From: Desulfatiglandales bacterium
GTDB taxonomy: Bacteria > Desulfobacterota > DSM-4660 > Desulfatiglandales > HGW-15
Length of the DNA: 64,000 nt
Assembly (NCBI GenBank): GCA_963667015.2
Contig: CAXXJJ010000004.1
Location: forward strand, 256,001 to 320,000
Direction: 5' to 3'
The position numbers and the translations under genes are program-made. The notes under the pieces were generated by a model, which saw nothing but the letters and a program-made list of their open reading frames with translations, ran no database searches and was not told where the DNA came from. This document shows, piece after piece, positions 62,530 to 64,000 of the stretch; the stretch's first letter is position 1, and every line of letters begins with the position of its first letter.

Positions 62530-62585
62530 AATTTATTCCTTGTTATTATACCGTAGAGACTGTTATTAAACCTGTCTCTTAAATT

Positions 62586-63881
62586 TTAAACCTCCAGTTC
62601 CTTGAATAACTGCGAAGTCTGCCTTCTGTAAATGCCCACTCCGGCAAACATTGTCCCAATAACAGATGCAAAGATTCCGGGGATAAACCCAATGAAATAA
62701 CTGGTTTCAGTTACTTTTGCTCTGAAAACCGTTGACATTACTATTGTATATTTCTGCATCATACTGCCGAAATCCAGACCAACATTCTGCATCCAGTATG
62801 ATATTCCCAGTCCGGCCGCTGTACCTATAATCGAGCCAGCTATACCGATACAGATGGATTCCAGGATCATGGCGCGGTAGATCTCTCCCTTTGGTTCACC
62901 CATGGCCAGTCTTATTCCTATCTCTCCATACCGTCTTATGCCGTTCATCAATCCGGAATTCCATAATACAATGGACATTGCAAAGACAAATATGCCGGCT
63001 ATGATGCTCATTATTGTATTTGTTACAGAGAGCATTAGTTCAAGTATTCCCTGTTCCCCGAGCCGCCTGGCGATTGGAGTGAATTCTTTTTCACTTTGCT
63101 GCGGGTTCTGCATGTCAATTCCAAATACCTTATTAAGTGATATGATTTTACTTTTCATTTCTTCATCATCATAAACCATATCCTTCCTGAATCCCAGTAT
63201 TTCACCGGCCCCGTCATCCATATCCAGGGCATCTCTTATGTCCCTGATATCTGCGATAATGGTTGTGCGATCCAGTGTAGTCATTCCGAATTGAACCATT
63301 CCGACAATTTTAAAATTGTGCATGGACATACTGCCATACATGGTTGAAGCCATAAGGGTTGCACTGTCTCCTATGGTTACTCCTAGATTTTTTGCATAGG
63401 TTTCACTTATCAGGATTTCATTTTTGCTTTTAGGCAATGATCCCTTTGTAATGGCCTTTTTCAGGTTCAGGATTGAAATTTCAGGAGATTCCGGATCAAT
63501 TAGATTGATGCCAAATCCGAGAACCGGTCCCTGTGCCTTTGTCTCACCTTTTTTATCCGGGATATCAATAAGACCACCGAATTTTATTCGCGAGGTCCAT
63601 ATCATATCCGGATAATTTGTTTTCAACATTTTCAATATTTTGCTTATATCCAAAAGGGCCAGGTCATTGGGCATCTGATCTGCAAATTCACTGTAGGCCC
63701 TGGTCATTATCCTTATGTGCCCTGTTTCAAACCTGGCATTTGAATCTACCATGTCAGAAACTGCACCCTGGATAACACTGTAGAGTATTACTGTAAGAAA
63801 TACACCTGAGCTTACCATCAATACCGGAAACAGGCTTCTTGATCGATCTCTCATGAGTCCTTTTATTAAAAATCTGATCAT
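62586..63881 (-). CDS. FtsX/LolE-like ABC transporter permease
   Basis: RDRSRS, RRYGEIGIRLAMG. Confidence 0.9.
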   Translation of the reverse strand: MIRFLIKGLMRDRSRSLFPVLMVSSGVFLTVILYSVIQGAVSDMVDSNARFETGHIRIMTRAYSEFADQMPNDLALLDISKILKMLKTNYPDMIWTSRIKFGGLIDIPDKKGETKAQGPVLGFGINLIDPESPEISILNLKKAITKGSLPKSKNEILISETYAKNLGVTIGDSATLMASTMYGSMSMHNFKIVGMVQFGMTTLDRTTIIADIRDIRDALDMDDGAGEILGFRKDMVYDDEEMKSKIISLNKVFGIDMQNPQQSEKEFTPIARRLGEQGILELMLSVTNTIMSIIAGIFVFAMSIVLWNSGLMNGIRRYGEIGIRLAMGEPKGEIYRAMILESICIGIAGSIIGTAAGLGISYWMQNVGLDFGSMMQKYTIVMSTVFRAKVTETSYFIGFIPGIFASVIGTMFAGVGIYRRQTSQLFKELEV

Positions 63882-64000
63882 GAAATTTTTCCTCTTAATG
63901 CCTCTGTTGGTTTCATACCTGATATTTTTCGGCTTGGCATATAGCTTACAATAGTAACTGTAATCATTATAATCAGGATAGTTCCGCCTATAAGCAGCGG
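63878..64000 (-). CDS. C-terminus of a second ABC permease (partial)
   Basis: ...SYMPSRKISGMKPTEALRGKIS*; ATGA overlap with the next gene. Confidence 0.8.
   Translation of the reverse strand, partial: PLLIGGTILIIMITVTIVSYMPSRKISGMKPTEALRGKIS

Overview
Bacterial DNA. The gene content (aldehyde:ferredoxin oxidoreductase, PEP-CTERM protein, Tat-exported FAD oxidoreductase, many secreted SnoaL/NTF2-like proteins and hydrolases) suggests an anaerobic Gram-negative, probably Desulfobacterota-like organism; this is an inference. The segment from about 5 to 33.8 kb is an AT-rich, decaying accessory array whose non-IS genes nearly all lie on the + strand. It contains at least two clear integron cassettes (LysE, GNAT), recognised by exactly complementary core sites, plus several decayed attC sites and five attI-like sites, but no integrase. 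A 363-bp non-coding module occurs twice, each time between two attI-like sites. A 3' fragment of a REP-associated (HUH/RAYT) tyrosine transposase is present, and its GGGGTC-type terminal motif and relatives recur polarised around genes (GACCCC-gene-GGGGTC). The array also carries putative defence genes (NACHT, pentapeptide-TIR, a Phd-ParE/RelE toxin-antitoxin pair) and four IS copies (IS630 x2, ISAzo13, IS21), three of which split genes that can be rebuilt in frame. The rest of the window is metabolic and envelope genes with several REP-like repeat families and a duplicated sigma70 promoter module. No rRNA, tRNA or CRISPR array was seen. All calls are from reading the sequence by eye, with no database searches.
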